64,000 nt of DNA. Origin: Acidobacteriia bacterium AH_259_A11_L15 (GTDB lineage Bacteria > Acidobacteriota > Terriglobia > Acidiferrales > 2-02-FULL-67-57). The DNA is taken from assembly GCA_027717655.1 (NCBI GenBank), contig JALLOH010000002.1, forward strand, positions 3,474 to 67,473, written 5' to 3'. How positions within the stretch are numbered: position 1 is the first letter of the stretch; each line of letters starts with the position of its first letter. The position numbers were made by a program, and so were the translations under genes. The notes under the pieces were generated by a model that worked only from the letters and a program-made list of their open reading frames with translations, was not told where the DNA came from and searched no databases. Positions 1 through 10,646 of the stretch are shown here, in pieces.

Positions 1-402
1 TGGGCCACGCAAGGACAGCCCCTGATGAGCATCCCCACCATCGGGGCCTCGGGGGCTATCTACGGGATTCTGCTGGCCTTCGGGCTGCTCTACCCGAACG
101 TGCCCATCTACATCTTGTTCCTGTTCCCCATTCCGGCGCGCATCTTCGTGCTGATCTTCGGGGTCATGGCCTTCATGTCGGCGCTGCAAGGGCCGGGCAG
201 CGGCGTCAGCCACGTGGCCCATCTGGGCGGGATGCTCTTGGGGCTGTTCTACTTGTACGGCGGAGTGCGCGGCCTCTACAAGGCCGCGCTGCGTCGCTAC
301 GCAGATTGGCGGCTGCGGCAGGCGCGGAGCAAGTTCGACGTCTATATGCGGGAGCAGGACGAGGAAGACATCCCGCCCCGCCACGACCGCTGGATCCACT
401 AA
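1..402 (+). CDS. rhomboid family intramembrane serine protease, C-terminal part (5' end lies outside window)
   Basis: Frame 1 is open from nt 1. Contains GASGAIYG (GxSG catalytic Ser) and HVAHLGGMLLG (catalytic His) in hydrophobic segments, as in rhomboids. Confidence 0.75.
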   Translation, partial: WATQGQPLMSIPTIGASGAIYGILLAFGLLYPNVPIYILFLFPIPARIFVLIFGVMAFMSALQGPGSGVSHVAHLGGMLLGLFYLYGGVRGLYKAALRRYADWRLRQARSKFDVYMREQDEEDIPPRHDRWIH

Positions 403-618
403 GTGGAGCCTCTGAGGACTTCAGGGGCTAAAACCCAAAAAATTGTCGCTGGCTGAAACGGACGGGCTGAAGCCCGTCCCTACCGGGCTAACTTTTCCGG
501 CGGGACACTACGGCCCGTAGTTTGATGCGTGGCATTCGGCACGGCTCCCTTCAACTCTGCTCAGGGTCTGCGCTGCGAAAAGCCGTGCCCGGCCGAAGGG
601 CCGCAATCGGGCCGGGGC

Positions 619-2037
619 CTAGCGGCGGCCGATGGTGTGGAACTTGAGCAGGTTGGTGGTGCCCTTGACCTGCAAGGGCGTGCCGGCGACGATCCCCACG
701 ATGTCGCCCCTCTCCACTAGCTTCTCCCGCCGCAGGCGCCGCTCCGCCTCCCGGGTCAAGGAGTCGACGTCCCTCACCCGCTTGATCCGCCGGGGCAGCA
801 CCCCCCAGAGCAGCGCCAGCCGCCGCCGCACCTCCTGGCTGGGCGAGAAGGCCACGATGGGCGGCCCCGGGCGCGCCTTCGAGACCAGCCGGGCGCTGTA
901 GCCGCTCTCGGTGAAGACGGCAATGGTGCGCAGCTTGAGCTGCTCGGCCGCCTGGGCGATGGTTTCGGCCACGGTCTCAGCCACGTTGGGCGTCTTCTCC
1001 AAGCGCCGGCGGGGCATCCGGGGGGCCTGCTTTTCGGCCTCGCGGATGATCCTGACCATCATCTCCACCGCTTCGCGCGGGTAGCGCCCGGCGGCGGTCT
1101 CGGCGGAAAGCATCACCGCGTCGGTGCCGTCGAAGATGGCGTTGGCGACGTCGCTGGCCTCGGCGCGAGTGGGCCGGGGGTTGTGGATCATCGACTCCAG
1201 CATTTGCGTGGCGGTGATGACCGGGAGCCGCCGCTGGTTGGCCAGAGCGATAATGCGCTTCTGCGCCAGCGGCACCTTCTCCGGCGGCATCTCCACCCCC
1301 AGGTCGCCCCGGGCCACCATCACCCCGTCGGCCACTTCCAGGATTTCCTCCAGGTGGGCGAGCGCTTCCGGCTTTTCGATCTTGGCGAACACGGGAGTGT
1401 CGTAGCCGGCGCGCTTCACCAGGCGCTTCAGTTGCCGCACGTCGTCGGCCGAGCGGACGAAGGACTGGGCGATGTAATTCACCCCTTGCTGGAGGGCAAA
1501 GCGCAAATGTTTTTTGTCGCGGGGGGTGATAGAGGAGACAGTCAAGTTCACTCCCGGCAGGTTGACCCCTTTGCGCTCGCCGAGCTCGCCGCCCGAGAGC
1601 ACCTTGCAGACTACTTCCGGGTGGCGCCGGCTCACGACCCGCAACTCGATCAAGCCGTCGGCCAAGAGAATCCGGTCGCCCGGCTCCACCTCCCGCGCCA
1701 GCCGCCGGTAGTTGACGCTGATCCGCCGGCTGTTCCCCACCAGGTTCCGCCCGGTAAGGATGAGCTCCTTCCCGCTACGCAGTCGCACCGGCTGGCCGCC
1801 TTCCAGGCGCCCGGTGCGGATCTTGGGACCGGGCAAGTCGGCCAGGATGGCGAGGGGACGCCGGCGCAAGCGGGTGAGCCGCCGCAGGTCGCGAACCACC
1901 TGGGCGTGCTCGCGGTGCTCGCCATGAGAGAAGTTCAGGCGGGCCACGTCCATCCCCGCCTCGAGCAGCGAGAGCAGCGCCAGCGGCTCCCGCGAAGCCG
2001 GGCCGATGGTGGCGACGATCTTGGCCTTGCGCGTCAT
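619..2037 (-). CDS. pyk: pyruvate kinase
   Basis: Full-length PK-like ORF (KIVATIGPAS..., MVARGDLGVE, C-terminal regulatory domain). The ATG at 2037 forms an ATGA overlap with the stop of the upstream small ORF. A GTG at 2049 is an alternative start. Confidence 0.95.
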   Translation of the reverse strand: MTRKAKIVATIGPASREPLALLSLLEAGMDVARLNFSHGEHREHAQVVRDLRRLTRLRRRPLAILADLPGPKIRTGRLEGGQPVRLRSGKELILTGRNLVGNSRRISVNYRRLAREVEPGDRILLADGLIELRVVSRRHPEVVCKVLSGGELGERKGVNLPGVNLTVSSITPRDKKHLRFALQQGVNYIAQSFVRSADDVRQLKRLVKRAGYDTPVFAKIEKPEALAHLEEILEVADGVMVARGDLGVEMPPEKVPLAQKRIIALANQRRLPVITATQMLESMIHNPRPTRAEASDVANAIFDGTDAVMLSAETAAGRYPREAVEMMVRIIREAEKQAPRMPRRRLEKTPNVAETVAETIAQAAEQLKLRTIAVFTESGYSARLVSKARPGPPIVAFSPSQEVRRRLALLWGVLPRRIKRVRDVDSLTREAERRLRREKLVERGDIVGIVAGTPLQVKGTTNLLKFHTIGRR

Positions 2038-2255
2038 GCCGGGTAACACTCAGGGCGCGCCCGCGAACTCTGCCACGACGCGATAGAGAAACTCGGTCCA
2101 CCGTTGACGGTGTGGAAGCGAATCAAGGCTTGGAGAGGCTCGAGCGTCTCCCGGGTGACGGCCTCCCGGTCCGGGGCGGGAGCCGCGGGCACCGCCAGGG
2201 TCGCAGCCAGCATCCAATAGAGTGCCAGGAAAAAATAGCCGGCCGGTTGCAGCAT
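2034..2255 (-). CDS. small hypothetical membrane/secreted protein (about 73 aa)
   Basis: High GC3 codon pattern and a hydrophobic N-terminus (YFFLALYWMLAATLAV). Its stop overlaps the pyk ATG (ATGA coupling). No recognisable family. Confidence 0.35.
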   Translation of the reverse strand: MLQPAGYFFLALYWMLAATLAVPAAPAPDREAVTRETLEPLQALIRFHTVNGGPSFSIASWQSSRARPECYPA

Positions 2256-2366
2256 CGTAGTAGTGAGAACTCCCGCCCTGCCGGGCAAAAGGGGATTCAT
2301 CTTAGCACAAATGATTGACCCGCCTGGCAAGCGCGTGGCACACTGCTGGCAGGGAAGGAGAAGGAA

Positions 2367-3437
2367 ATGAAGGCGTCGCGGAAACCATGGGGCGCACTGG
2401 CCCTGGGCTTGCTGCTGGCGAGCAGCGGCTGGCTTCTGGCCGCCGCCCAACAGCCGCCCCCCAGCGAGCAGCGACAGGGCCCCATCGAGCCCCAGGCGAA
2501 AGAGGAAAAGACCCCGTATGCCCTACGGGTGGAAGTCCCGCTGGTGGACGTCGAGGTGACCGTGGTGGACAAGAACGGCAACTTCATCCACGGCTTGCAG
2601 CGGGAGCACTTCCGGGTTTACCTGGACGGCGAAGAGCAGGAGGTGGTGGCCTTCGCCCCCACGGAGGCGCCGCTGACCACTGTGCTGTTGGTCGAAGCCA
2701 CCCCGCTCGTTGGTTACCTCCTCTATCAGAACGTCGACACCGCCTATCTCTTCCTACAGCAACTGAGGAAAGAAGACTGGGTGGCGCTGATCGGCTACGA
2801 TTTGAAGCCGCGCATCGAAGTGGATTTCACTCGCAACCCCAACGATATCCTGCAGGCGTTGCGCCACATGCAATACGGTTTCGGGCGGTTCAGTGAGGCC
2901 AACCTGTACGACGCGCTCATCGACACCCTGGACCGGCTGAAGGATGTGGAAGGCAAGAAGTCCATCATCCTCATCGGCAGCGGGTTCGACACCTTCAGCC
3001 AGCACACCTGGGACGACGCCCGCCGCATCGCCCGCGAGCAACGCACCACCATCTTCACCATCGGGATGACCTGGCTGATCGAGCTGGGCCTGGATCGGGC
3101 CGAGGCGCGCGGCTCCCGCACCAGCACCCAGCGCATGGACGTCTACATCGCCCAAAGCCAGTTGCGCGACCTGGCCGAGCAGACCGGGGGCCGGGCCTAC
3201 TTCCCCCGCTTCATCACCCAAATGCCCAGCATCTACCAGGAAATCGGCGCCATGCTGCGCAACCAGTACAGCCTGGCGTTCCGGCCCAAGGACTTCCAGC
3301 GCGACGGCAAGTTCCACAAAATCGAAGTCAAGCTGGTGGGGCCGAACGGCGAGCCCCTAAAGGTCGTTGACCAGAACGGCAAGAAGGTCAAATACGAGGT
3401 CTACGCCCGCAAGGGTTTTTACGCCCCCGAAGCCTAG
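2367..3437 (+). CDS. VWA domain-containing secreted protein (VWFA-related acidobacterial type)
   Basis: Signal peptide, N-terminal beta motif (YALRVEVPLVDVEVTVVDKNGNFIHGLQREHFRVYLDGEEQ), VWA core and C-terminal YEVYARKGFYAP. GGAAGGAG RBS 8 nt upstream of the ATG. Confidence 0.85.
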   Translation: MKASRKPWGALALGLLLASSGWLLAAAQQPPPSEQRQGPIEPQAKEEKTPYALRVEVPLVDVEVTVVDKNGNFIHGLQREHFRVYLDGEEQEVVAFAPTEAPLTTVLLVEATPLVGYLLYQNVDTAYLFLQQLRKEDWVALIGYDLKPRIEVDFTRNPNDILQALRHMQYGFGRFSEANLYDALIDTLDRLKDVEGKKSIILIGSGFDTFSQHTWDDARRIAREQRTTIFTIGMTWLIELGLDRAEARGSRTSTQRMDVYIAQSQLRDLAEQTGGRAYFPRFITQMPSIYQEIGAMLRNQYSLAFRPKDFQRDGKFHKIEVKLVGPNGEPLKVVDQNGKKVKYEVYARKGFYAPEA

Positions 3438-3453
3438 CCGGACTGCGGGCCGC

Positions 3454-4467
3454 TTGCGCCGGGGCAGCCTCCTGCTGGTGGCTGCCCTGCTGGGCGGGGG
3501 CGCGCCCGGGGCTGGCGCCCAGCAGCCGCCACCCGAGAGTTACGCCCTGCGGGTGGACGTGCAACTTGTGACCGTGGACGTGGCCGTCACCGACGAGGAA
3601 GGCCACTTCCTCCCCGGCCTCAGGGGAGAGAATTTCCGCATCCTGGAAAACGGCGCCCCCCAGCCGGTCGCCCACTTCCTGCCCACGCGCGCCCCGGTGC
3701 GTATCGCCTTGCTGGTGGAGGCCAGCCCGGCCGTCTACCTGATCCGCGGCGAACAACTAACTGCGGCCTATCACCTGTTGGCGGGACTGCGGGCGGAAGA
3801 CGAGGTCGCCCTGCTCACCTACGCCCGCGAGGCCGGATTGGAAGTCCCCTTCACCCGCGACAAGCAGCGGGTCGGGCAGCGCCTGCGCTCCCTGGGGCAG
3901 TTCGGGCTGGGGATGGCGGAGATGAATCTGCTGGATGCCGTGGCGCAGACGCTCGCCTGGATGAGTCCGCCGCCGCAGCGCACGGCTGTGGTGGTCATCG
4001 GCACCGGGTTGGATACGGGGAGCCGCATGCCCTGGGAGTTGCTCCAGCGGCAGGTGGGCGCGGGGCAAATCACTTTCTTCGCTGTCGCCACCGGTCATCT
4101 GCTGCGGGCACCGGAGGAAGGGAACCGCCCCCGCACCGAGACGGACAATGACTTGTATTTCCGCTCCGCCTTCGCCCAGGCCGACGCCCGCCTGCGCGCC
4201 CTGGCGACCGCCAGCGCCGGCCAAGCCTACTTCCCCGAGTCCGCCGAGGAGCTGGAGGACATCTACCGGGAAATCGCCGCGCGGCTGCGCAACCTCTACA
4301 GCCTGGGCTACTACCCCAGCAACCAGGCCCGGGACGGCCGGTACCGAGAAATCACCGTGGAGCTGGTGGATGAGAAGGGCGAGCCGCTGGTCCTGCGCGA
4401 CGCCAGCGGGGACCCCATAAACTACCGCCTCTTCGCCCGCCCGGGGTACTTCACCTCCCGCGAGTAG
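3454..4467 (+). CDS. VWA domain-containing secreted protein (paralog of the preceding gene)
   Basis: Same architecture (YALRVDVQLVTVDVAVTDEEGHFLPGLRGENFRILENG...YRLFARPGYF). I place the start at TTG 3454, giving signal peptide MRRGSLLLVAALLGG. The ORF-track start at 3367 overlaps the previous gene. Confidence 0.8.
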   Translation: MRRGSLLLVAALLGGGAPGAGAQQPPPESYALRVDVQLVTVDVAVTDEEGHFLPGLRGENFRILENGAPQPVAHFLPTRAPVRIALLVEASPAVYLIRGEQLTAAYHLLAGLRAEDEVALLTYAREAGLEVPFTRDKQRVGQRLRSLGQFGLGMAEMNLLDAVAQTLAWMSPPPQRTAVVVIGTGLDTGSRMPWELLQRQVGAGQITFFAVATGHLLRAPEEGNRPRTETDNDLYFRSAFAQADARLRALATASAGQAYFPESAEELEDIYREIAARLRNLYSLGYYPSNQARDGRYREITVELVDEKGEPLVLRDASGDPINYRLFARPGYFTSRE

Positions 4468-4477
4468 CGATACTCTT

Positions 4478-4535
4478 GTCATGCTGAACGAAGTGAAGCA
4501 TCTCAGCGGAGATTCTTCGCTTCGCTCAGAATGAC
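4478..4535. repeat. family-A palindromic repeat (hairpin) between convergent genes
   Basis: GTCATGCTGAACGAAGTGAAGCATCTCAGCGGAGATTCTTCGCTTCGCTCAGAATGAC, an inverted repeat. Related copies occur at 6 other sites in the window. Confidence 0.8.
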
Positions 4536-4549
4536 AGACCAGACCTGCC

Positions 4550-5572
4550 CTATGGCAGCAGCAAAACTTTGCCGAGGTTCCGGCGGTCGTGGATGTAGTG
4601 GTGGGCCCGGGCGGCCTCGCCCAGAGGGAAGGTCTTGCCGATGTGCGGCTTGATTTGCCCGGCGGCGTAGAGCCGGAACAGCTCCTCCATCCAGCTTCGC
4701 ACTAGTTCCTGGTTCGCCCGCCCCAGCTCGCCCAGGTGGACGCCCATCACCGCCCGGTTCTTGCGAATCATATCCGCCAGGGGGTTGAAGCTGGGGGTGT
4801 TCCACCAGGCGAGCAGCGCTTTCAGGGAGCGGCCCTTGCCGGTGACCGCCGCCGACATTCCGTAGCAGACCAGCCGGCCGCCGTGGCGCAGCAGGCGGTA
4901 GCTCTTGCGGTAGGAGTGGCCGCCCACCGCGTCCAGCACGATGTCCACTCCTTCCCCGCCCGTGAGCCGCCGCACTTCCTCTTCAAAGTCCCCGGTGTGA
5001 TAGTCGATGGGGTGATGGAGGCCCTGCTGGCGGAGGAAGTCGTGCTTGGAGGCGGAGGCGGTGCCGAAAATTTCGGCGTTCGACAGCCGCGCCAGTTGGA
5101 TGGCCGCCAGGCCCACGCCCCCCGCGGCCGCGTGAATCAACACCCGCTCGCCCGTCCGCAGATGCGCCATGTAGTGCAGCGCCTGGTAGGCGGTGAGGTA
5201 GTTGACCGGCAGGGCGGCCGCCTCTTCCAAGGTCATCTGCGGCGGCACCGGCAGCAAGCGCTCGGCCGCCATGGCCACTTTTTCGGCGTAGCCGCCGCCG
5301 GGGAAGGTAAAGCCCACCACGCGGTCGCCCGACTGCAGCCCGGTGACGTCGGTGGCCGCTGATTCCACCGTACCGGCCACTTCGAACCCCGGTACGTAGG
5401 GCGGCTTGGGCCCGCCGGGATAAAACCCCAGCCGCATCAGGATGTCGGCGAAGTTGATGCCGGCGGCCGTCACGCGCACCACCGCCTGGCCGGGCCCGGG
5501 CGCGGGGTCGGGCTGCTCGACCAGGGTCATCACTTCCGGCTCGCCGTGTTTCCTCACCTGAATCGCTTTCAT
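4550..5572 (-). CDS. zinc-binding alcohol dehydrogenase / NADPH:quinone oxidoreductase family protein
   Basis: MKAIQVRKHGEPEVM... start and a GGVG nucleotide-binding stretch (IHAAAGGVGLAAIQLA), typical MDR-superfamily length. The ATG at 5572 is chosen over the upstream ORF extension. Confidence 0.85.
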   Translation of the reverse strand: MKAIQVRKHGEPEVMTLVEQPDPAPGPGQAVVRVTAAGINFADILMRLGFYPGGPKPPYVPGFEVAGTVESAATDVTGLQSGDRVVGFTFPGGGYAEKVAMAAERLLPVPPQMTLEEAAALPVNYLTAYQALHYMAHLRTGERVLIHAAAGGVGLAAIQLARLSNAEIFGTASASKHDFLRQQGLHHPIDYHTGDFEEEVRRLTGGEGVDIVLDAVGGHSYRKSYRLLRHGGRLVCYGMSAAVTGKGRSLKALLAWWNTPSFNPLADMIRKNRAVMGVHLGELGRANQELVRSWMEELFRLYAAGQIKPHIGKTFPLGEAARAHHYIHDRRNLGKVLLLP

Positions 5573-5580
5573 CGCTCCCC

Positions 5581-6582
5581 CTAATAGCCGCGTTTCTTGT
5601 CCACTACGTTCAGCAACTCCCGCCCGGAAAAATAGCGGTCGAGGTTTTCGAAGAGCAGCTCCGCATGCCGGTGCCAGAGCCGCTCGCTGACCGCCGACAG
5701 GTGCGGGGTGATGAACAGGTTCGGCGCCTTCCACAAGGGACTGGAAGGCTCCAGCGGCTCGACCTCGGCGACGTCGATCGCGGCCCCAGCAATTGTCTTG
5801 TTGTGCAGCGCCGCGACCAGCGCCTCCGCGTCCACCACCGCCCCGCGACTGACGTTGAGGAAGAAGGCGCTCTTTTTCATGGCGGCGAACTCCTCCCGGC
5901 CGAAGAAGTGGTTGGTCTCTTCCGTCAAGGGCAGGGTCAACACCACGAAGTCAGCCTGGGCGAGCGCGGCGAGGAGTTGGTCGGTTCCCACCACCCGGTC
6001 GGCGTGCTCCCGGCCGCGAGCGGGGTCGCGCTTCACTCCGACCACCTTCATGCCGCAAGCCTGCGCCCGCCGGGCAATCTCCCGCCCGATGGCGCCATAG
6101 CCGACGATGACCAGGGTGCGCCCGTTGATCTCCATCGGGCGGGGAAACTCCTCCCAGATTTCCTGCTGCGCCCAGTGGTGCTCCAACTGATGGCCGACCG
6201 CGCTCAAAAAGCGCCGCGCCAGCGCCAGAATCAGCCCCAGGGTGTGCTCGGCCATGGGGACGGCATGCACGCGGCGGGAGTTGGTGATGACGACGTCGGA
6301 GCGGCGGATGTCCTCCCGCATCAGTTGGTTCACCCCCGCCGCCAGCACGTGAATCCACTTCAGGCGGCAGGCGGCGGCGAACTGCTCCGGCTTGAGCGAG
6401 AAGCCGAAGAGGATATCGGCGTCGCGGATTTCCTCGCCCAAGCGGCGGTAGTCCGGCAGATGCACCACCCGCATCGGCGGGTAACGCTTGCGGATGTCCT
6501 CCGCCAGCCAGGCGGGAAAGCGCCACTCGGTGAACGGGCTCCAGATGCAGAGCACCAGCTTGGTGTCGCCGGGAGCAGGCAT
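5581..6582 (-). CDS. D-isomer-specific 2-hydroxyacid dehydrogenase family protein
   Basis: NAD-binding GxGxxG (VIVGYGAIGREIARRA), catalytic-domain motifs (NVSRGAVVD, ITPHLS). Confidence 0.9.
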   Translation of the reverse strand: MPAPGDTKLVLCIWSPFTEWRFPAWLAEDIRKRYPPMRVVHLPDYRRLGEEIRDADILFGFSLKPEQFAAACRLKWIHVLAAGVNQLMREDIRRSDVVITNSRRVHAVPMAEHTLGLILALARRFLSAVGHQLEHHWAQQEIWEEFPRPMEINGRTLVIVGYGAIGREIARRAQACGMKVVGVKRDPARGREHADRVVGTDQLLAALAQADFVVLTLPLTEETNHFFGREEFAAMKKSAFFLNVSRGAVVDAEALVAALHNKTIAGAAIDVAEVEPLEPSSPLWKAPNLFITPHLSAVSERLWHRHAELLFENLDRYFSGRELLNVVDKKRGY

Positions 6583-6600
6583 CTTTTGGATCGAGGCCGC

Positions 6601-6900
6601 TCAGCGGGCCACGGTCAGCGCCCGTTCCGCGCGGCCGAAGTTCGCGTTCCTCGGCTCCATCGCCAGCACTTCCAGCGTGTAGGAACCGGAGAACGGCATC
6701 CGCAATTCTCCGCTGTAAGTGCTCTCGACGCCCGCGTAGCCAAGCGGGACTTCCTGGATGACCTCCGCGTTTTGCCGCAGCCGGGCCACCACCGTAATCT
6801 TGCCGGCGTCCCAGAGCCCCCCGGGCTCCGTCGGGCACCCTCAAGCCATGCGCACCCGGGCTTGCACCAGCAGCGGCTGGCCCGCGCGGGCTTCTAGGAA
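6601..6900 (-). pseudogene. remnant or recoded beta-sandwich-like ORF interrupted by an in-frame TGA (6841-6843)
   Basis: The same frame reads ...RYDERFLEARAGQPLLVQARVRMA-TGA-GCPTEPGGLWDAGKITVVARLRQNAEV...RALTVAR*. No canonical start with an RBS lies upstream of the TGA. The ORF track only lists the 63-aa GTG-initiated tail (6601..6792). Confidence 0.3.
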
Positions 6901-6941
6901 CCTCTCATCATACCGGAGGACAAAGGAAAAGCCGAACGCCC

Positions 6942-8495
6942 TCAGCGGCCGCCGAGCGCGCGCAGGTCGCGCCCTTTCATCTCCTTCGGTTGGGGGAGGC
7001 CGAGCAGGCCGAGGACGGTGGGCGCGATGTCTTGCAGGGCACCGTCCTCGCGCAGGCGCAGGTTCGAGTCGTCAGAGACCAGGAGGAACGGCACCGGATT
7101 GGTGGTGTGGTAGGTGTGGGGGCTGCCGTCGAGATTGCGCATGGTTTCGGCGTTGCCGTGGTCGGCGGTAATCAACCAAGCGCCGCCCTTGTCTTTGAGC
7201 GCGTTGTACATCTGCCCCAGGCAGGCGTCCACCGCCTCGACGGCCGCGCGGGTGGCCTCCAGCTTGCCCGAGTGGCCCACCATGTCGGCGTTGGCGAAAT
7301 TGATGACCATGACGACGAACGCGTCCTTCCGGAGGGCGTTCACCACCGCTTCGGCAATGCCCGCGGCGTTCATCTCCGGCTTCCGGTCATAGGTGGGGAC
7401 TTTGGGCGAGGGGACGAGAATTCTCTCCTCGCCCGGATAGGGCTTCTCCACCCCGCCGTTGAAAAAGTAGGTCACGTGGGCGTACTTCTCGGTCTCGGCC
7501 ACCCGCAGGTTCCGTAGACCTTCGCGGGCAAAGACGTTCGCCAGGATGTTCTCCGGCTGCTGCGCCCCGAAGACGTACGGCACCCAGTCGAAGGTCTTGT
7601 CGTAGCGGGTCAGAGAGACGAAGAACAGCTTCCGGGGGCGCTGCGCGTCCTGGAACTTGTCGAACTTCGGCTCGGTGAGCGCCCGGGTGAGTTGCCGGGC
7701 GCGGTCGGCGCGGAAGTTGAAGAAGATCACCGCGTCGCCCTCCTGGATGCGCGTCCGCGGCTGGCCGTCCCGATCCTTCAGCACCACCGGCTCGACGAAC
7801 TCGTCGGTCACCTCCCGCTGGTAGGATTCCCGCAGGGCCTGGACGGGGTCGGTGTGGGTGTGGTCGGCTTCGCCGTGAACGATGGCCCGGTAGGCCCGCT
7901 CGGTGCGCGGCCAGCGGTTGTCGCGATCCATCGCGTAGTAGCGCCCGCAGATCGAGGCGAGCTGGCCCCCGCCCAGTTGGTCGAGCTTCTTCTGCACCTG
8001 CTCCAGGTAGCTCGCGCCGGATTCGGGCGGGGTGTCGCGGCCATCGGTGAGCGCGTGCACGAAGACGCGGCGGACGCCGTTCTTCTTGGCCATCTCCAGC
8101 AGGGCGAACAGGTGGTTGAGGTGCGAGTGCACCCCGCCGTCGCTCACCAGCCCGATCAGGTGGAGCTGGTTCTGCCGGCTGCGCTCCATCGCCTTCCGCA
8201 GCAGCTCGTTCTGGAAGAGCTCCCCCGACTCGATGGCCAGAGCGATGCGCGTGATGTCCATATAGATGACGCGCCCGCTGCCGATGTTCAGGTGGCCGAC
8301 CTCGCTGTTGCCCATCTGGCCTTCGGGCAGGCCCACGTAGCGCCCGGAGGTGTGCACCAGCGTGTTGGGGAATTTCTTCACCAGCTCGTCGAAGCTGGGC
8401 GTGCGCGCCTGGGCGATGGCGTTGTCCTCCCGCTCGGCGCGAAAACCCCACCCATCCAAGATGGTCAGCACGACGGGTCTGGAGCGGTTGGCCAT
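6942..8495 (-). CDS. gpmI: 2,3-bisphosphoglycerate-independent phosphoglycerate mutase
   Basis: 517 aa, N-terminal [22 protein letters not shown]-terminal ADHGNAE motifs of iPGM. Confidence 0.95.
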   Translation of the reverse strand: MANRSRPVVLTILDGWGFRAEREDNAIAQARTPSFDELVKKFPNTLVHTSGRYVGLPEGQMGNSEVGHLNIGSGRVIYMDITRIALAIESGELFQNELLRKAMERSRQNQLHLIGLVSDGGVHSHLNHLFALLEMAKKNGVRRVFVHALTDGRDTPPESGASYLEQVQKKLDQLGGGQLASICGRYYAMDRDNRWPRTERAYRAIVHGEADHTHTDPVQALRESYQREVTDEFVEPVVLKDRDGQPRTRIQEGDAVIFFNFRADRARQLTRALTEPKFDKFQDAQRPRKLFFVSLTRYDKTFDWVPYVFGAQQPENILANVFAREGLRNLRVAETEKYAHVTYFFNGGVEKPYPGEERILVPSPKVPTYDRKPEMNAAGIAEAVVNALRKDAFVVMVINFANADMVGHSGKLEATRAAVEAVDACLGQMYNALKDKGGAWLITADHGNAETMRNLDGSPHTYHTTNPVPFLLVSDDSNLRLREDGALQDIAPTVLGLLGLPQPKEMKGRDLRALGGR

Positions 8496-8604
8496 GGGGT
8501 GCCTAGTGTACTACAAGGGCTTTGTGCGACTTCTCCCAGCACTCCGGGCGGCAGGTGCCGCCCGGCTCGGCGCACAAGAAAAGTTTGCCGCGCCTGCCCC
8601 CAAC

Positions 8605-8635
8605 GCTGAGCCCGGTGGCACCCGCCACCGGGAGC
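8605..8635 (+). repeat. REP hairpin (family E, GGTGGC-ACCC-GCCACC) just downstream of the RAYT gene
   Basis: GCTGAGCCCGGTGGCACCCGCCACCGGGAG. This is the inverted orientation of the three copies at 9179-9331. Confidence 0.75.
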
Positions 8636-8645
8636 GACCAGAGAG

Positions 8646-9341
8646 TCAGTCCAATGGGTTTATTGTGATGCATCCCTGGCCGAGCTCGTAGTTTCGGAGA
8701 CTCGAATACAGATAATTGATTGCCCGTTTCACAAGACGGTCACGAACTGGATTGGCATGAATGTAGTCGAGCTTCTGGTCAAACATCGAGCGCGATGTGA
8801 CAGCGCGGACGTAGCTCCGTGGCTGCAAGACACAGTACAGAGCATCTCGTCTTCGCTCGGGCTGGGTGGGCAAACGCAGGCGGCTAAGGAGACGCGGGTT
8901 GTTCTGTTTCGCCTCGTCAACGACCATGCGGCCGACAGCGCTCTTAAGGTCACGCAGGAAGCCGGCGAAGCTCTTTTCGGGCGGAAAGCCTAAGAGTAAA
9001 TGAAAGTGGTCCGGCATCAGGACATAGGCATAAAGGGAGAATGCGTACTTCGAGCGGTAAAAAGCGAGTTCGCGGAAGAAGATGTCACGGTTGGCAGACT
9101 CACGGAAGAGAGGGACTCTTTTGTAGGTGTTGGCGGTGAGAAAGATAATTCCTGCCCGGACTTTCTTGCCGGGGTAAGTCTTTTTCCCGGTGGCGGGTGC
9201 CACCGGGCTCGGCGCGGGGAGGCGGGAAGCCCTTTTCCCGGTGGCGGGTGCCCCCGGGCTCAGCGCGGGGAGGCGGGAAGTCTTTTTCCCGGTGGCGGGC
9301 GCCACTGGGCTCAGCGCGATGGGTGTCAGGGACTTGGCCAT
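8646..9341 (-). CDS. REP-associated tyrosine transposase (IS200/IS605 TnpA-like, RAYT)
   Basis: Core IIFLTANTYKRVPLF...YAYVLMPDHFHLLL (HUH motif)...DYIHANPVRDRLV...YSS (catalytic Tyr region). The N-terminal about 55 aa are encoded by the REP tandem array. Confidence 0.85.
   Translation of the reverse strand: MAKSLTPIALSPVAPATGKKTSRLPALSPGAPATGKRASRLPAPSPVAPATGKKTYPGKKVRAGIIFLTANTYKRVPLFRESANRDIFFRELAFYRSKYAFSLYAYVLMPDHFHLLLGFPPEKSFAGFLRDLKSAVGRMVVDEAKQNNPRLLSRLRLPTQPERRRDALYCVLQPRSYVRAVTSRSMFDQKLDYIHANPVRDRLVKRAINYLYSSLRNYELGQGCITINPLD
9179..9331 (-). repeat. 3 x 51-bp tandem repeat, each unit carrying a REP hairpin, inside the RAYT 5' coding region
   Basis: Units start at 9179, 9230 and 9281 (TCTTTTTCCCGGTGGCGGGTGCCACCGGGCTCGGCGCGGGGAGGCGGGAAG and variants). 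They are translated as SPVAPATGKKTSRLPAL / SPGAPATGKRASRLPAP / SPVAPATGKKTY. Confidence 0.85.
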
Positions 9342-9347
9342 GGGCGG

Positions 9348-10646
<1,299 letters not shown>

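Noticed and set aside
2336-2350. Sigma54-like element TGGCAC-N5-TGGC upstream of the first VWA gene.
   Set aside because: It has one mismatch to the TTGC of the -12 box. More importantly, the implied start site (about 2361) would lie downstream of the gene's RBS (GGAAGGAG, 2352-2359) and only 5 nt from the ATG, so it cannot serve this gene as a normal promoter.
9179-9331. The 3 x 51-bp tandem repeat as a mini CRISPR array.
   Set aside because: The units are directly adjacent with no unique spacers. They are in frame within the RAYT ORF and carry the REP hairpin found dispersed elsewhere. There are no cas genes.
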